A DNA stretch of 64,000 nucleotides from Alphaproteobacteria bacterium (GCA_033763575.1 JANRKF010000026.1:3076-67075), one strand, 5' to 3'. Shown: positions 20,956 through 31,541, counted from the first letter of the stretch. Notes: generated by a model from the sequence alone, not told the origin. Numbers and translations: made by a program.

Positions 20956-22254
20956 ATGGCCAGCGATACTATCTTCGCCCTTGCCACGCCGCCCGGGAAA
21001 TCCGGCGTCGCTGTGCTGCGGATTTCGGGGAAGGGGGCGTTACCGACACTGCAACAACTCACTGGCAAGCGTGAGTGGACGCCAAATAAACTTACTTACT
21101 CACCACTCACAACTCAGCACTCAGCACTCATCGACCATGGCATGGCGGTCTATTTTAAAGCCCCAAAAAGCTTCACCGGGGAAGAGGTGGTGGAATTGCA
21201 TATCCATGGCAGCCTTGCCGTCATTCGTGAGCTGCTGGGGATATTGGAAAGCCTTCCCGGCCTGCGTCCCGCCGAGCGGGGAGAATTCACCCGCCGGGCG
21301 CTCTTAAACGGCAAAATGGATTTACTGGAAGTGGAGGGGCTGGCCGACCTGATCGACGCCGAAACCAGCGAGCAGAAATCACAGGCGCTGCGGCAGCTCC
21401 AGGGGGAGTTGAGCGGTTTTTATGAGCGGCTGCGCAAGGAAATCATCGCGACGCTCGCCCATCTGGAAGCTTACATCGATTTTCCCGATGAGGAGATTCC
21501 GGAATCGGTGCTTCTGGGCATGGATAAAGAGGTGAGGGCGGTGATGCAGACCATCGCGGCCACGCTTGAAAAACATGCCGACGGCGAGCGCATCCGCAAC
21601 GGGATTTCGATAGTGATACTGGGCGCGCCGAACTCCGGTAAATCGAGCCTTATCAATGCATTATCAAAGCGCGAGGCGGCGATTGTCTCGCACCACGCAG
21701 GCACCACGCGTGACCTCATCGAAGTCCATATGGAAATTGCCGGCTATCCGGTGATTCTGGTGGATACGGCGGGCATCCGCGAAAGCGACAACGACATCGA
21801 AGCCGAGGGCATCCGCCGCGCCATCGCCCGCGCCGAACATGCCGATATCCGGCTGGTATTGTTCGATGGCACCCAGGCACCCGATGCCGCCAGCCTCAGG
21901 CTGCTGGGCGAGGGTGCAATCGCCGTTTCAACCAAATCCGACCTTAAAAAAGGCGGGCAGGGGCTCGCCATCTCCACACAGACGGGGGAGGGCATCTCCG
22001 AACTCCTCACCCTGCTCGAAACACGCATTGTGGAAAGTTTCTCAGGCGAGGGGGCGCTGATCACCCGCAGCCGCCATCGCGGGCTGTTGCAGCAGGCCAG
22101 CCGCCATCTGGAGGCGTTTTTTGAACCGGCCGAACTGGAGCTGAAATGCGAGGAACTGCGGCTTGCCGCCGGCTCCATCGCGAAAATCACTGGAAAAATA
22201 GCGGTGGATGATGTATTAGACGTTGTTTTCCGGGAATTTTGTATTGGGAAATGA
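20956..22254 (+). CDS. mnmE: tRNA modification GTPase
   Basis: DTIFALAT, SFTGEEVVE, GAPNSGKSS, GTTRD, DTAG, FCIGK. Confidence 0.97.
   Translation: MASDTIFALATPPGKSGVAVLRISGKGALPTLQQLTGKREWTPNKLTYSPLTTQHSALIDHGMAVYFKAPKSFTGEEVVELHIHGSLAVIRELLGILESLPGLRPAERGEFTRRALLNGKMDLLEVEGLADLIDAETSEQKSQALRQLQGELSGFYERLRKEIIATLAHLEAYIDFPDEEIPESVLLGMDKEVRAVMQTIAATLEKHADGERIRNGISIVILGAPNSGKSSLINALSKREAAIVSHHAGTTRDLIEVHMEIAGYPVILVDTAGIRESDNDIEAEGIRRAIARAEHADIRLVLFDGTQAPDAASLRLLGEGAIAVSTKSDLKKGGQGLAISTQTGEGISELLTLLETRIVESFSGEGALITRSRHRGLLQQASRHLEAFFEPAELELKCEELRLAAGSIAKITGKIAVDDVLDVVFREFCIGK
21091..21130. repeat. (ACTCACC/ACTCAGC)n heptamer tract in mnmE
   Basis: actcacc actcaca actcagc actcagc actca encodes YSPLTTQHSAL. 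Confidence 0.85.
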
Positions 22255-22258
22255 TTAT

Positions 22259-22345
22259 CCCCGCATTTATTGCGGGGTCTGGCGACATAAGGTTTCAGGC
22301 GTATGAATAGCAAAGAAAAATACCGGACCCCGCCATGCGGCGGGG
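22259..22345. repeat. REP-doublet-like element copy 4, straddling mnmG start
   Basis: CCCCGCATTTATTGCGGGG tctgg ... ATG ... accgga CCCCGCCATGCGGCGGGG. Confidence 0.88.
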
Positions 22346-24231
22346 CTTATGATGTCATCGTCATCGGTGGTGGACATGCCGGCTGCGAAGCGGCAGCGGC
22401 GGCGGCACGCGTGGGCGCCAAAACCGCGCTCATCACCCAGAAATTCGCAACCATCGGCGAAATGTCGTGCAACCCGGCCATCGGCGGCATCGCCAAGGGC
22501 ACACTGGTGCGCGAGATCGATGCGCTGGACGGCATGATGGGCCGGGTCATCGACCGCGCTGGCATTCATTACCGCGTGCTGAACGCCAGCAAAGGCCCCG
22601 CCGTCCATGGCCCACGCGCACAGGCCGACCGCAAGCTCTATAGGCTTGCCATGCAGGACGTTTTGTCTAATTACGAAAACCTCACCATCACCGAAGGGTC
22701 GGTTGAGGATTTATTACATTCCCGCGAAGGCGGGAATCCTATAGAAATAACAGGTGTTGTCCTCGCCAACGGCGAAGTAATTTCCGCCCCCAAAGTCGTC
22801 CTCACCACCGGCACTTTTCTGAATGGCTTGATCCATTGCGGCGAGAAAAAAATACCGGCGGGTAGGGTAGGGGACGCGCCCTCGATCGGCCTATCTAATA
22901 CATTGAAAAGATTGGGCTTTAATGTTGGACGGCTCAAAACCGGCACCCCGCCGCGCCTGGATGGGAAAACCATCGATTGGGCATCGCTCGAAGCCCAGCC
23001 CGGCGATAATCCCCCCAAGCCTTTTTCCTATCTCACTGAGCGTGTAGAGGTGCCGCAAATCCATTGTTCGATCACCCATACGAGTGCGGCAACTCATGAG
23101 ATTATCCGCGCCAATCTTCACCGCGCACCGATGTATAGCGGGCAAATTGAAAGCCGGGGGCCGCGCTACTGCCCGTCGATCGAAGATAAAGTCGTGCGTT
23201 TTGCCGAGAAGCTTCGCCACCAGATTTTTCTCGAACCGGAGGGGCTGGATGACGATACGGTCTACCCGAACGGCATCTCGACCTCACTTCCGGAAGACGT
23301 CCAGCTTGAGCTTTTGAAAACCATCGGTGGTTTGGAAAAAGCGGTCATGATCCGTCCGGGCTATGCCATCGAATATGATTTTGTCGACCCGCGTGAATTG
23401 AAGCCAACCTTAGAGACCAAAAAGGTGAGGGGGCTTTATCTCGCCGGCCAGATCAACGGCACCACCGGCTATGAAGAAGCTGGCGGGCAGGGGTTGGTGG
23501 CCGGGGCAAATGCCGCCCTTTCGGCGTCCGGCTCCAGCCCTCTTATCATCGACCGGGCCGATGGTTATATCGGGGTGATGATCGATGATCTGATCACCCA
23601 TGGCACCACCGAACCCTACCGTATGTTCACCTCGCGCTCGGAATTTCGCCTGTCCTTACGGGCGGATAATGCCGACCTGAGACTGACCCCTATCGGCCTG
23701 AAAGCGGGGGTTATCGGGACGGAAAGGACAGGGCATTTCAATAAAAAATCCGAAGCGCTTTCTGTTTCACGTGAATCGCTCCGACAACTTTCGGCCACCC
23801 CAAACGAATTCCAGAAACACCAGATTGCCATCAATCAGGATGGAATTCGCCGGAATGCGTTTGACCTCATCCGCCATGACCATATCGGATTTGAAGGGGC
23901 GACAAAAATCTGGCCGGAGCTGAAAAATATTCCGGATGATATCCGTGAGCAACTTATCATTGAAGCCACCTATTCATCTTATCTCGATCGCCAGAAAGAA
24001 GACCGGGATAATTTGAAAAACGAAGAGGGCATGGCGATTCCGGAAACACTGAACTTTGATGACCTCCCCTCTCTTTCCAATGAGGTGAAGGCCAAACTTC
24101 GTTACCATAAACCGTCGACCATTGGTGGGGCGCTCTCCATACAGGGGATTACCCCGGCGGCGGCGATCACATTGATGGCCCATATTCGCAAATTGAATAA
24201 TGAAAAAAAGCGTGGTAAGAAGGTGGCATGA
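22303..24231 (+). CDS. mnmG: tRNA uridine-5-carboxymethylaminomethyl synthesis enzyme
   Basis: [53 protein letters not shown]. Confidence 0.98.
   Translation: MNSKEKYRTPPCGGAYDVIVIGGGHAGCEAAAAAARVGAKTALITQKFATIGEMSCNPAIGGIAKGTLVREIDALDGMMGRVIDRAGIHYRVLNASKGPAVHGPRAQADRKLYRLAMQDVLSNYENLTITEGSVEDLLHSREGGNPIEITGVVLANGEVISAPKVVLTTGTFLNGLIHCGEKKIPAGRVGDAPSIGLSNTLKRLGFNVGRLKTGTPPRLDGKTIDWASLEAQPGDNPPKPFSYLTERVEVPQIHCSITHTSAATHEIIRANLHRAPMYSGQIESRGPRYCPSIEDKVVRFAEKLRHQIFLEPEGLDDDTVYPNGISTSLPEDVQLELLKTIGGLEKAVMIRPGYAIEYDFVDPRELKPTLETKKVRGLYLAGQINGTTGYEEAGGQGLVAGANAALSASGSSPLIIDRADGYIGVMIDDLITHGTTEPYRMFTSRSEFRLSLRADNADLRLTPIGLKAGVIGTERTGHFNKKSEALSVSRESLRQLSATPNEFQKHQIAINQDGIRRNAFDLIRHDHIGFEGATKIWPELKNIPDDIREQLIIEATYSSYLDRQKEDRDNLKNEEGMAIPETLNFDDLPSLSNEVKAKLRYHKPSTIGGALSIQGITPAAAITLMAHIRKLNNEKKRGKKVA
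22717..22739. repeat. ATTCCC-N8-GGGAAT palindrome in frame in mnmG
   Basis: cATTCCCgcgaaggcGGGAATcc encodes HSREGGNP. Confidence 0.75.
23763..23778. promoter_or_regulatory. parS site (imperfect) in mnmG
   Basis: TGTTTCACGTGAATCG vs consensus TGTTTCACGTGAAACA. Confidence 0.75.
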
Positions 24232-24815
24232 TCCACCTGTCGCCCGACCTCAAAACACGATTCGAAATCTATCAGGCCCTTCTTTTGAAATGGCAGAAAT
24301 CGGTAAATCTAGTCTCCGATTCGACCATTGCGGATTCATGGAATCGTCACTTTATCGACTCCGCCCAACTGGCAAAATATATCACCAGACAAAAACCGGT
24401 GGTCGTTGATATTGGAAGCGGCGGCGGATTCCCCGGAATGATATTGGCGATGATGATAGATGGAGAGTTTCACCTGATAGAAAAAGACAAAAAGAAGTGC
24501 GTTTTTCTCTCCGAAGTTTCACGTGAAACCAAAACAAAAGTGATAATTCATGATGATAGAATCGAAACATCATCTATTCACAATGTCGGCTATATCACCT
24601 CAAGGGCCTGTGCCAATGTTTCACAACTATTCGACTGGACGGAAAAATTAGTTTCACATGAAACAAAATGTCTCTTCCTAAAGGGCGAAAACTATTCTAT
24701 AGAGATTGACGAAGCAAAAAAAGATTGGCAATTTGAAATCCAACTACATCCGAGTCTCACTAAATCTGAATCCGCTATTCTCGAACTTTATCATATAAGC
24801 AGGAGAAGGAAATGA
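24228..24815 (+). CDS. rsmG: 16S rRNA m7G527 methyltransferase
   Basis: [26 protein letters not shown]; mnmG-rsmG-parAB synteny. Confidence 0.95.
   Translation: MIHLSPDLKTRFEIYQALLLKWQKSVNLVSDSTIADSWNRHFIDSAQLAKYITRQKPVVVDIGSGGGFPGMILAMMIDGEFHLIEKDKKKCVFLSEVSRETKTKVIIHDDRIETSSIHNVGYITSRACANVSQLFDWTEKLVSHETKCLFLKGENYSIEIDEAKKDWQFEIQLHPSLTKSESAILELYHISRRRK
24515..24530. promoter_or_regulatory. parS site in rsmG
   Basis: aGTTTCACGTGAAACc, perfect 14-bp core. Confidence 0.9.
24650..24665. promoter_or_regulatory. parS site in rsmG
   Basis: aGTTTCACATGAAACa, one core mismatch. Confidence 0.82.
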
Positions 24816-25633
24816 ACCAAACCACACCACCATCGCAACCAAAAATTCTGGCCATCGTAAACCAAAAAGGCGGTGTGGGAAAAACCACCACCACGGTCAA
24901 TCTGGCCACGGCGCTCGCCGCCGTTGGAAAATCGGTTCTCATCATCGATTTTGATCCGCAGGGCAATGCCAGCACCGGCGTCGGCATCGAATCATCTAAC
25001 CGCGAACTAACCTCCTATGATCTTGTTTTAAATGATGTTTCTTTGGATGAAGCCACCCAAAAAACGCAAGTGCCCAACCTCTCCATCATCCCCGCAACCA
25101 TCGATTTATCGGGAGCGGAAGTCGAGATGGTGAGCCTTCAGCGCCGCGAATTCCGCTTAAAACAGGTCATCGATCAATGCCCGAAAAACTATGATTATAT
25201 ACTGATCGATTGCCCGCCATCCCTCGGCCTGCTGACGCTCAACGCCCTGGTCGCCGCCACCAGCGTGCTTATCCCGCTGCAATGCGAATTCTATGCGATG
25301 GAAGGGCTGAGCCACCTGATGCGTACCGTGCAGCTGGTGAAAGACAACCTGAATGCCGAGCTCAATATCCAGGGTATCGTGCTCACCATGTATGACCGCC
25401 GCAACCGCTTCACCGACCAGATCGAACGCGACGTCCGCGAATATTTCGGCGCGCTGGTCTATGAATCGGTCATCCCGCGTAACGTGCGTATGTCGGAAGC
25501 GCCGTCGCACGGCAAGCCTGCGCTGATTTACGATATGAAATGCGCCGGTTCCAAAGCCTATATCCAGCTCGCTAAAGAGATTTTAAAACGCGAGCGCGAA
25601 GCCAAAAAACAACAAGCCATCGAAGCAGCATAG
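24812..25633 (+). CDS. parA: chromosome partitioning ATPase
   Basis: NQKGGVGKTTT, DPQGNAST, DCPPSLG, EAPSHG. Confidence 0.97.
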   Translation: MNQTTPPSQPKILAIVNQKGGVGKTTTTVNLATALAAVGKSVLIIDFDPQGNASTGVGIESSNRELTSYDLVLNDVSLDEATQKTQVPNLSIIPATIDLSGAEVEMVSLQRREFRLKQVIDQCPKNYDYILIDCPPSLGLLTLNALVAATSVLIPLQCEFYAMEGLSHLMRTVQLVKDNLNAELNIQGIVLTMYDRRNRFTDQIERDVREYFGALVYESVIPRNVRMSEAPSHGKPALIYDMKCAGSKAYIQLAKEILKREREAKKQQAIEAA

Positions 25634-25643
25634 GAAGCAACAT

Positions 25644-26567
25644 ATGAGTACCACCACCCAAACACGCGGCCTTGGCAAAGGCCTCTCCGCCCTTATCTCG
25701 GAAAACTCATCGAAACCATCAGCCAACAGCAGCCCGGCGGTCGTCTCCGGCATCAACCATGTGCCACACACACGCCTGCATCCCGGCCAGTTCCAGCCGC
25801 GCACCCATTTCGATGAAGGCGCCCTCACCGAGCTCGCCGAATCCATCCAGAAAAACGGCATCATGCAGCCGATCATCGTCCGTCCCGGCGCCGGGTCCAA
25901 ACTGGAAATCGTCGCCGGTGAGCGCCGCTGGCGTGCCGCTAAATTAGCCGGCCTCGAAACCGTACCCGTCATCATCCGCGAGATCAGCAATAAACAGGCG
26001 CTGGAACTGGCGCTCGTCGAAAATATCCAGCGCCGAGACCTGGGGCCGCTCGAAGAAGCACTGGGTTACCAGCGCCTGATCGAGGAATTCGATTACACGC
26101 AGGAAGAACTCGCCGGCACCGTCGGCAAAAGCCGCAGCCATATTGCCAACCTGTTGCGCCTGTTATCGCTGCCGGATGAGGTCAAAACCATGCTCGAAAA
26201 AGGCGAGCTCACCATGGGCCATGCGAGAGCGCTCCTCACCTCGGAAAACCCGGTGGAGCTCGCCCGCCAGATCGCCAAAAAAGGCCTGAATGTGCGCCAG
26301 GCGGAAAGCTTCAGCAAAGGGGCGGGGACACGCGTTAAAGAAACCAGCGAAAAATCTGCCCGCCCGAAAGCGCCCGCCGCCTACCGCCACCCGCAGGACA
26401 GCGGCGCGAAGGATCCCGACATCCTGGCGCTGGAAGAAACACTCTCCGAAAATCTCGGCCTGAAAGTGAGCATCTATGACCGCGGCCAGAGCGGTGAAAT
26501 CGTGCTCTCTTATGATTCCCTCAGCCAACTGGATGAAATCCTGAAACGTCTGGGCGAAGGGTATTGA
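25644..26567 (+). CDS. parB: chromosome partitioning protein
   Basis: RGLGKGLSAL, QPR, AGERRWRAA, ENIQR, KSRSHIANLLRLL. Confidence 0.97.
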   Translation: MSTTTQTRGLGKGLSALISENSSKPSANSSPAVVSGINHVPHTRLHPGQFQPRTHFDEGALTELAESIQKNGIMQPIIVRPGAGSKLEIVAGERRWRAAKLAGLETVPVIIREISNKQALELALVENIQRRDLGPLEEALGYQRLIEEFDYTQEELAGTVGKSRSHIANLLRLLSLPDEVKTMLEKGELTMGHARALLTSENPVELARQIAKKGLNVRQAESFSKGAGTRVKETSEKSARPKAPAAYRHPQDSGAKDPDILALEETLSENLGLKVSIYDRGQSGEIVLSYDSLSQLDEILKRLGEGY

Positions 26568-27026
26568 TTCCTTTTTATTCAGTTCGGAATTACCGCTTCC
26601 GTGCGCGTCCTGAAGGTTTGCCTATCGAAAGGCGCGATTAATGCCCCATACCCCACGGTACACGGCCTATGAACCCTACTCCTGATTTTACCACCCGACG
26701 AAAATTCCGCCGCCGATAACCCCATAGCCAAGCCATTAATGCTGCTTCTGTTATGTTATTTTTTGATGCATCTCCCTTTGTTGATTCGTCATTGCGAGCG
26801 ACTTATAGTTAACTAACCGAATGTTTGCACATTCGGACGCTGCCTACGGCGCGGCAAATCTGGCTTCCGGCCTCGATTTTCATACCAGTTTTGCTGCACT
26901 TTGTTTGCGAACTGGTATAAGAATCTCATGCTAAAAACTGTCAGGGAAGGGGGTAAATTGCACTTTTTTCAATAAAAATGACAAGCGGCTGTATTTTATG
27001 GTTTTCGTGAAAATTTTTGTATCGCC

Positions 27027-28034
27027 TTACAGGCGCGTCGCCTTGAACAGCTCCCGCTCGCTGGCGGCAAAGACCGGCAGGTCGCTGGTTTTGCAGGAAA
27101 GCTCCGCCTCTGTGATATAGCTCAATGCCCTGGCGATAGATTCCAGCTCCCACTGTTTGGCATGACGGGTGATGATCGGCACCTGCTTGAAGAATACCGG
27201 CGGCCGCAGCCCGGAAATCACACTCTCGACGCTGCTGTTTCTGGCCTGCAGTTTAATCGCATATAAACGCAGGAAATAGCGCGAAAGCGCCCGGAGATAC
27301 TGGACGGGCTGGATGCCTTCCTTCACGAGCTGTGTGAGGGCTTTATCGAGCCCCGCCAGATTCCTGTCGGCCAGCGCGTTGACCGCCTCGTCCATATCGG
27401 TTTCCTGGTTATAGTTGGTGAGGAGCTGCGCCGCCTGCAGCGTCAGTGTTTTTTCATCGCCGACATAGGTGAGTATTTTTTCCAGCTCCTGCCGCGTCAC
27501 ATAACGGTCATTGCCGAGCTGGGTGAGCAGATATTGTATGACATCATTACCCGCCGAAATATTCGCCTGACTAAAACTATCGCGCAGCAGGTCGCCGATA
27601 TCGCGGGCCTCGTCATGATAGCAGGGGACCGATGCCGCGTGCGGCGCTTTTTCAAACCATGCGCGTAAGGAAGAGCGAGGCCCAAGCTCTCCGGCCAGCA
27701 CGATGATATACACGTCGGCACGCATCGCTTCGCTTGCCGCTTCCAGGATTTTGGTGAGCTTATCGCCGGCATCGCGAATCAAAATCACGCGGTTGCCGGA
27801 AAGAAAACTGATGGCGGAGAGTTCATCGGCCAGCATCGCCGGGTCGGAAAGCAGCCGCGCTTCGCTGATATCCAAAATGGAAAGCGCATCGGGCGCATCA
27901 CCGAGCAGCCGCTTGACCAGCGCCTGCGAACGCTCGCGGGCAAGCCCGGCATCCGGGCCGTAAAGCAAAGCGGCAGCCGCGCCCTCCGCCGGTTTGGCGA
28001 GGAAGGAAGCGATGCTTTTTACTGCAATTTTCAT
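27027..28034 (-). CDS. holA: DNA polymerase III delta subunit
   Basis: LLYGPDAGL, ELEKILTY, RPPVFFK; leuS-lptE-holA synteny. Confidence 0.92.
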   Translation of the reverse strand: MKIAVKSIASFLAKPAEGAAAALLYGPDAGLARERSQALVKRLLGDAPDALSILDISEARLLSDPAMLADELSAISFLSGNRVILIRDAGDKLTKILEAASEAMRADVYIIVLAGELGPRSSLRAWFEKAPHAASVPCYHDEARDIGDLLRDSFSQANISAGNDVIQYLLTQLGNDRYVTRQELEKILTYVGDEKTLTLQAAQLLTNYNQETDMDEAVNALADRNLAGLDKALTQLVKEGIQPVQYLRALSRYFLRLYAIKLQARNSSVESVISGLRPPVFFKQVPIITRHAKQWELESIARALSYITEAELSCKTSDLPVFAASERELFKATRL

Positions 28035-28540
28035 ACCGGTTGCTGTTTTAGAAGCAGGGCGCCGATGCGCTGGCGATAAAGTTCGCTCAGCTCGGCAATG
28101 CCGCGTTTTATCGAGTCCTTCTCCGAAATATAGGTCGAGAAATACTGGTTGGTCTGGTTGTTGAAGCTGCTGACATGGCGGATTTCGCCGCGCTGGATAA
28201 TTTTGTCATCGGCAAGGCGCGTCAGCACATAATTCGAAGTCAGGGTAACATTAAAACGCGATACCGTGCCGTCGCGTGCCACACCGATCCCTCCCAAAGC
28301 GCTGGTGAGGACGACCGACAATTTGTAAGCGGGATGAGATGGCAAGCCCTGAAGGTTGAGCCTGTCTTCCAGCGCCTTCTCCAACTCCCGACCATCCTCA
28401 TCCTTAGGTGATGCATCAACACTGACGCCGACCGAGAGCGCCTGCCGGTTTTGTGCGCCGCGCATCGGCGTAAAACCGCAAGCGGCAAGCGAAAGCGAGA
28501 GAAGGACGATAAGGCAGGAGGCAAGAAGTTTTTTCATCAT
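28031..28540 (-). CDS. lptE: LPS assembly lipoprotein
   Basis: Lipobox LAACGFTPM; synteny. Confidence 0.85.
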   Translation of the reverse strand: MMKKLLASCLIVLLSLSLAACGFTPMRGAQNRQALSVGVSVDASPKDEDGRELEKALEDRLNLQGLPSHPAYKLSVVLTSALGGIGVARDGTVSRFNVTLTSNYVLTRLADDKIIQRGEIRHVSSFNNQTNQYFSTYISEKDSIKRGIAELSELYRQRIGALLLKQQPV

Positions 28541-31023
28541 CCGACCACCACATTCACAATCCGGTTCGGCACCACCACAATTTTTTTCACCTGTTTATCC
28601 CCTAGCGCATCCTTGACCTGTTGCAAATCAAAAACGCGAGCCTCCGTTTCCTCTCTCGGCAGGTCTTTGGGGAGATCCAGCGTGGTTTTCATCTTGCCGT
28701 TGATTTGCACGGCGATCGTCACCGAATCGTCGACCAGAAGCGCCTTGTCGGCCACCGGCCATGGGCGCGTCGATAGCATATCGGTATGGCCAAGCGCCTG
28801 CCAGCATTCTTCCGCGATGTGCGGCAGGAAAGGAGACAGCAGGTGCAGCGCCACCTCCACCCCTTCACGGTCGGGCGATTTTTCCAGCGCGTTGGTCAAT
28901 TCCCGGATGCGGGCGATGGCTTTGTTGAAATGGAATTTTTCAATATCGTCCGTCACCGCAGCGATGGTTTTGTGAGTCAATTTTTTAATGTCCCCGCTAT
29001 CCGACGCGGAAGATTCCTTCGCAGATTGCACCAGCTTCCACAGCCGGTTCAGATAACGCCATGCGCCCTCGATACCGGCATCCGTCCATTCCAGATCCCG
29101 CTCCGGCGGGGAATCAGAAAGCATGAACAGCCGCGCCGCATCCGCCCCGTAAGTGCTCATCATCGCGCGCGGGTCCACCGTGTTTTTCTTGGATTTGCTC
29201 ATCTTCTCGCTGCGGCCCACTGCCACGTCCTCACCCTTGGCACGGGCTTCTGCCGCCTCTTCCAGCGAAAGCCATTTCCCCTCGGAGTTCTTATAGGTTT
29301 CATGGCAGATCATGCCCTGGGTTTCCAGCCGCTTGAACGGCTCCTCCATTTCAAGCTGGCCACAAGCCTTCAGCGCCCGGGTGAAAAAGCGCGAATAGAG
29401 CAAATGCAGCACCGCATGTTCAATGCCGCCAATATAACAATCCACCGGCAGCCAGTAATTGAGTGATTTGGAGTGCAGCGGCTCTTCGGAAGGCATCGAA
29501 GCGAAACGGGAGAAATACCAGCTGGATTCAAAGAACGTGTCGAACGTATCTGTCTCCCGCCGGGCTTGCTTGCCGCAAGCGGGGCAGGGAGTGTGTTTCC
29601 ATGTCGGGTGGTGCTCCAGCGGGTTGCCGGGCTTATCAAACGTCACATCCTTAGGCAATTCGACCGGCAATTGCTCCTCCGGCACCGGCACGATTCCACA
29701 CGCCTCGCAGTGAATAATCGGAATCGGGCAGCCCCAATAGCGCTGGCGGGAAATGCCCCAGTCACGCAGGCGGTAATTGGTTTTGGCCGTGCCCACACCC
29801 ACCGCTTCCAGCGCCGCCAGCATGCGTTTTTTGGCCGCCGCCACGTCCATCCCGTTTAAGAAATCGGAATTAATCATCACGCCGTCGCCAGTATAGGCTT
29901 CAGCCAGCGGCTCAGACCCTCCTGCTACTACAGGAATAATCGGCAGGTTATATTTGGTGGCAAATTCAAAATCCCGCTCATCATGCGCCGGGCAGGCAAA
30001 AATCGCGCCGGTGCCGTAATCCATCAGCACGAAATTGGCGACATAAAGCGGCACCTCCCGCCCGTCAAACGGATGCACTATTTTCAGGCCGGTATCGAAG
30101 CCCTTTTTCTCGGCCTTTTCGATGGCTTCTTCGGAGGTGCCGATACGCTGGCACTCGGCAATGAAAGCAGAGAGTTCGGAGTTCCGAGTTCCGAGTTCGG
30201 CAGCAAGCGGATGACCCGGCGAGACGGCGCAAAACGACATACCAAAGAGCGTTTCTGGGCGGGTGGTATAAATTTTCAATGTTTTGCATTCTTGCAACTC
30301 GCAACCAGCAACTTGCAACTCAAGCATCGCCCCTTGCGATTTACCGATCCAGCGCTCCTGCATGATGCGCACTTTTTCCGGCCATTCCTTGAGCGTGTCC
30401 AGCCCCGAAAGCAAATCCTCGGCATAATCGGAAATGCGCAAGAACCACTGAGAAAGTTTCCGACGCTCCACCAGCGCACCGCTGCGCCAGCCGCGCCCGT
30501 CGATCACCTGCTCGTTGGCGAGCACCGTGTTATCCACCGGGTCCCAGTTCACCTCGGCTTCCTTGCGATACGCCAGGCCCGCTTGCAGAAACTTCAGGAA
30601 AAAGGTTTGTTCGTGTTTGTAATAATCCGGGCTGCAGGTGGCCAGCTCGCGTGACCAATCATAAGAAAGGCCAATGAGTTTCAACTGCTCGCGCATGGTG
30701 GCGATGTTCTGGAAGGTCCAATCCCCCGGGTGGGAGTTATTTTGAATCGCGGCGTTTTCCGCCGGAAGGCCGAATGCATCCCAGCCCATCGGATGCAGCA
30801 CGTTGAAGCCCTGCATGCGCTTGGCGCGCGCCACCACATCGCCTAACGTATAGTTCCGCACATGGCCCATATGAATGTTGCCGGAAGGGTAGGGAAACAT
30901 TTCCAGCACATAGTACTTAGGTTTGCCGGCATCTTCGCGGGCTTTAAAACTTTCGTTTTTTTCCCACAGTTTCTGCCATTTGGCCTCAGCCTCACGAAAA
31001 TGGTAGCGCGCTGCATCCGACAT
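28537..31023 (-). CDS. leuS: leucine--tRNA ligase
   Basis: MFPYPSG-HMGH, DWGISRQRYWG, KMSKS. Confidence 0.98.
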   Translation of the reverse strand: MSDAARYHFREAEAKWQKLWEKNESFKAREDAGKPKYYVLEMFPYPSGNIHMGHVRNYTLGDVVARAKRMQGFNVLHPMGWDAFGLPAENAAIQNNSHPGDWTFQNIATMREQLKLIGLSYDWSRELATCSPDYYKHEQTFFLKFLQAGLAYRKEAEVNWDPVDNTVLANEQVIDGRGWRSGALVERRKLSQWFLRISDYAEDLLSGLDTLKEWPEKVRIMQERWIGKSQGAMLELQVAGCELQECKTLKIYTTRPETLFGMSFCAVSPGHPLAAELGTRNSELSAFIAECQRIGTSEEAIEKAEKKGFDTGLKIVHPFDGREVPLYVANFVLMDYGTGAIFACPAHDERDFEFATKYNLPIIPVVAGGSEPLAEAYTGDGVMINSDFLNGMDVAAAKKRMLAALEAVGVGTAKTNYRLRDWGISRQRYWGCPIPIIHCEACGIVPVPEEQLPVELPKDVTFDKPGNPLEHHPTWKHTPCPACGKQARRETDTFDTFFESSWYFSRFASMPSEEPLHSKSLNYWLPVDCYIGGIEHAVLHLLYSRFFTRALKACGQLEMEEPFKRLETQGMICHETYKNSEGKWLSLEEAAEARAKGEDVAVGRSEKMSKSKKNTVDPRAMMSTYGADAARLFMLSDSPPERDLEWTDAGIEGAWRYLNRLWKLVQSAKESSASDSGDIKKLTHKTIAAVTDDIEKFHFNKAIARIRELTNALEKSPDREGVEVALHLLSPFLPHIAEECWQALGHTDMLSTRPWPVADKALLVDDSVTIAVQINGKMKTTLDLPKDLPREETEARVFDLQQVKDALGDKQVKKIVVVPNRIVNVVVG
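30172..30200. repeat. (GAGTTCC)n heptamer tract in leuS
   Basis: gagttcg gagttcc gagttcc gagttcg encodes ELGTRNSEL. Confidence 0.85.
30291..30321. repeat. (GCAACTT)n heptamer tract in leuS
   Basis: gcaactc gcaacca gcaactt gcaactc encodes ELQVAGCELQ. Confidence 0.82.
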
Positions 31024-31541
31024 TACTTGTTGCCCGCCGCGATCTTGAGTTCACGGGCGCGGGTGAGGATGGTGTCTTCCAGCGCACGCGCCAGCTTGTC
31101 ATCCACCGCCTGGTCGCGCCAGCTGCCCTTGGTGAGTTTCTGTTTGAAGAGCTGGATGCGCACGCCGTCGGCGCGCAACGTTTTATCCAGAATAATCGCC
31201 GTCACTTTGAAACGCTCACCCGGCGTTTTCGGGTCTTCATACCAGTCGGTGATGATGGTGCCGCCAAAAGGATCGGCAGAGGTGAGAGGCATGAAGGAAA
31301 TGGTGTCGAGCGTCGCCCGCCATAAATAGCTGTTCACGCCAATCACACCGCCGGAAGAGGATTCCTTGTCGCCGCCGCCAAACTCAAATAATCCGCCCGG
31401 CCCGGTGAGCTTGCCGCGGCTTTCGCGCTGCGCATCCTCCCTATCAAGCGGCTTGCCGGCCGGTTCGGTCTTGATGTCGCTGTCGCAGGCAACAAGAATC
31501 AATAGAAGAAAACAAGAGGAAACAAGGCGTTTCATGGGCAT
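31023..31541 (-). CDS. DUF3576-like lipoprotein
   Basis: Lipobox LVAC, GVNSYLWRATLDTISFMPL, DPFGGTIITDWY; start 31541 or 31535. Confidence 0.85.
   Translation of the reverse strand: MPMKRLVSSCFLLLILVACDSDIKTEPAGKPLDREDAQRESRGKLTGPGGLFEFGGGDKESSSGGVIGVNSYLWRATLDTISFMPLTSADPFGGTIITDWYEDPKTPGERFKVTAIILDKTLRADGVRIQLFKQKLTKGSWRDQAVDDKLARALEDTILTRARELKIAAGNK

Noticed and set aside
26568-27026. oriC
   Set aside because: No DnaA boxes resembling TTATCCACA were found by eye
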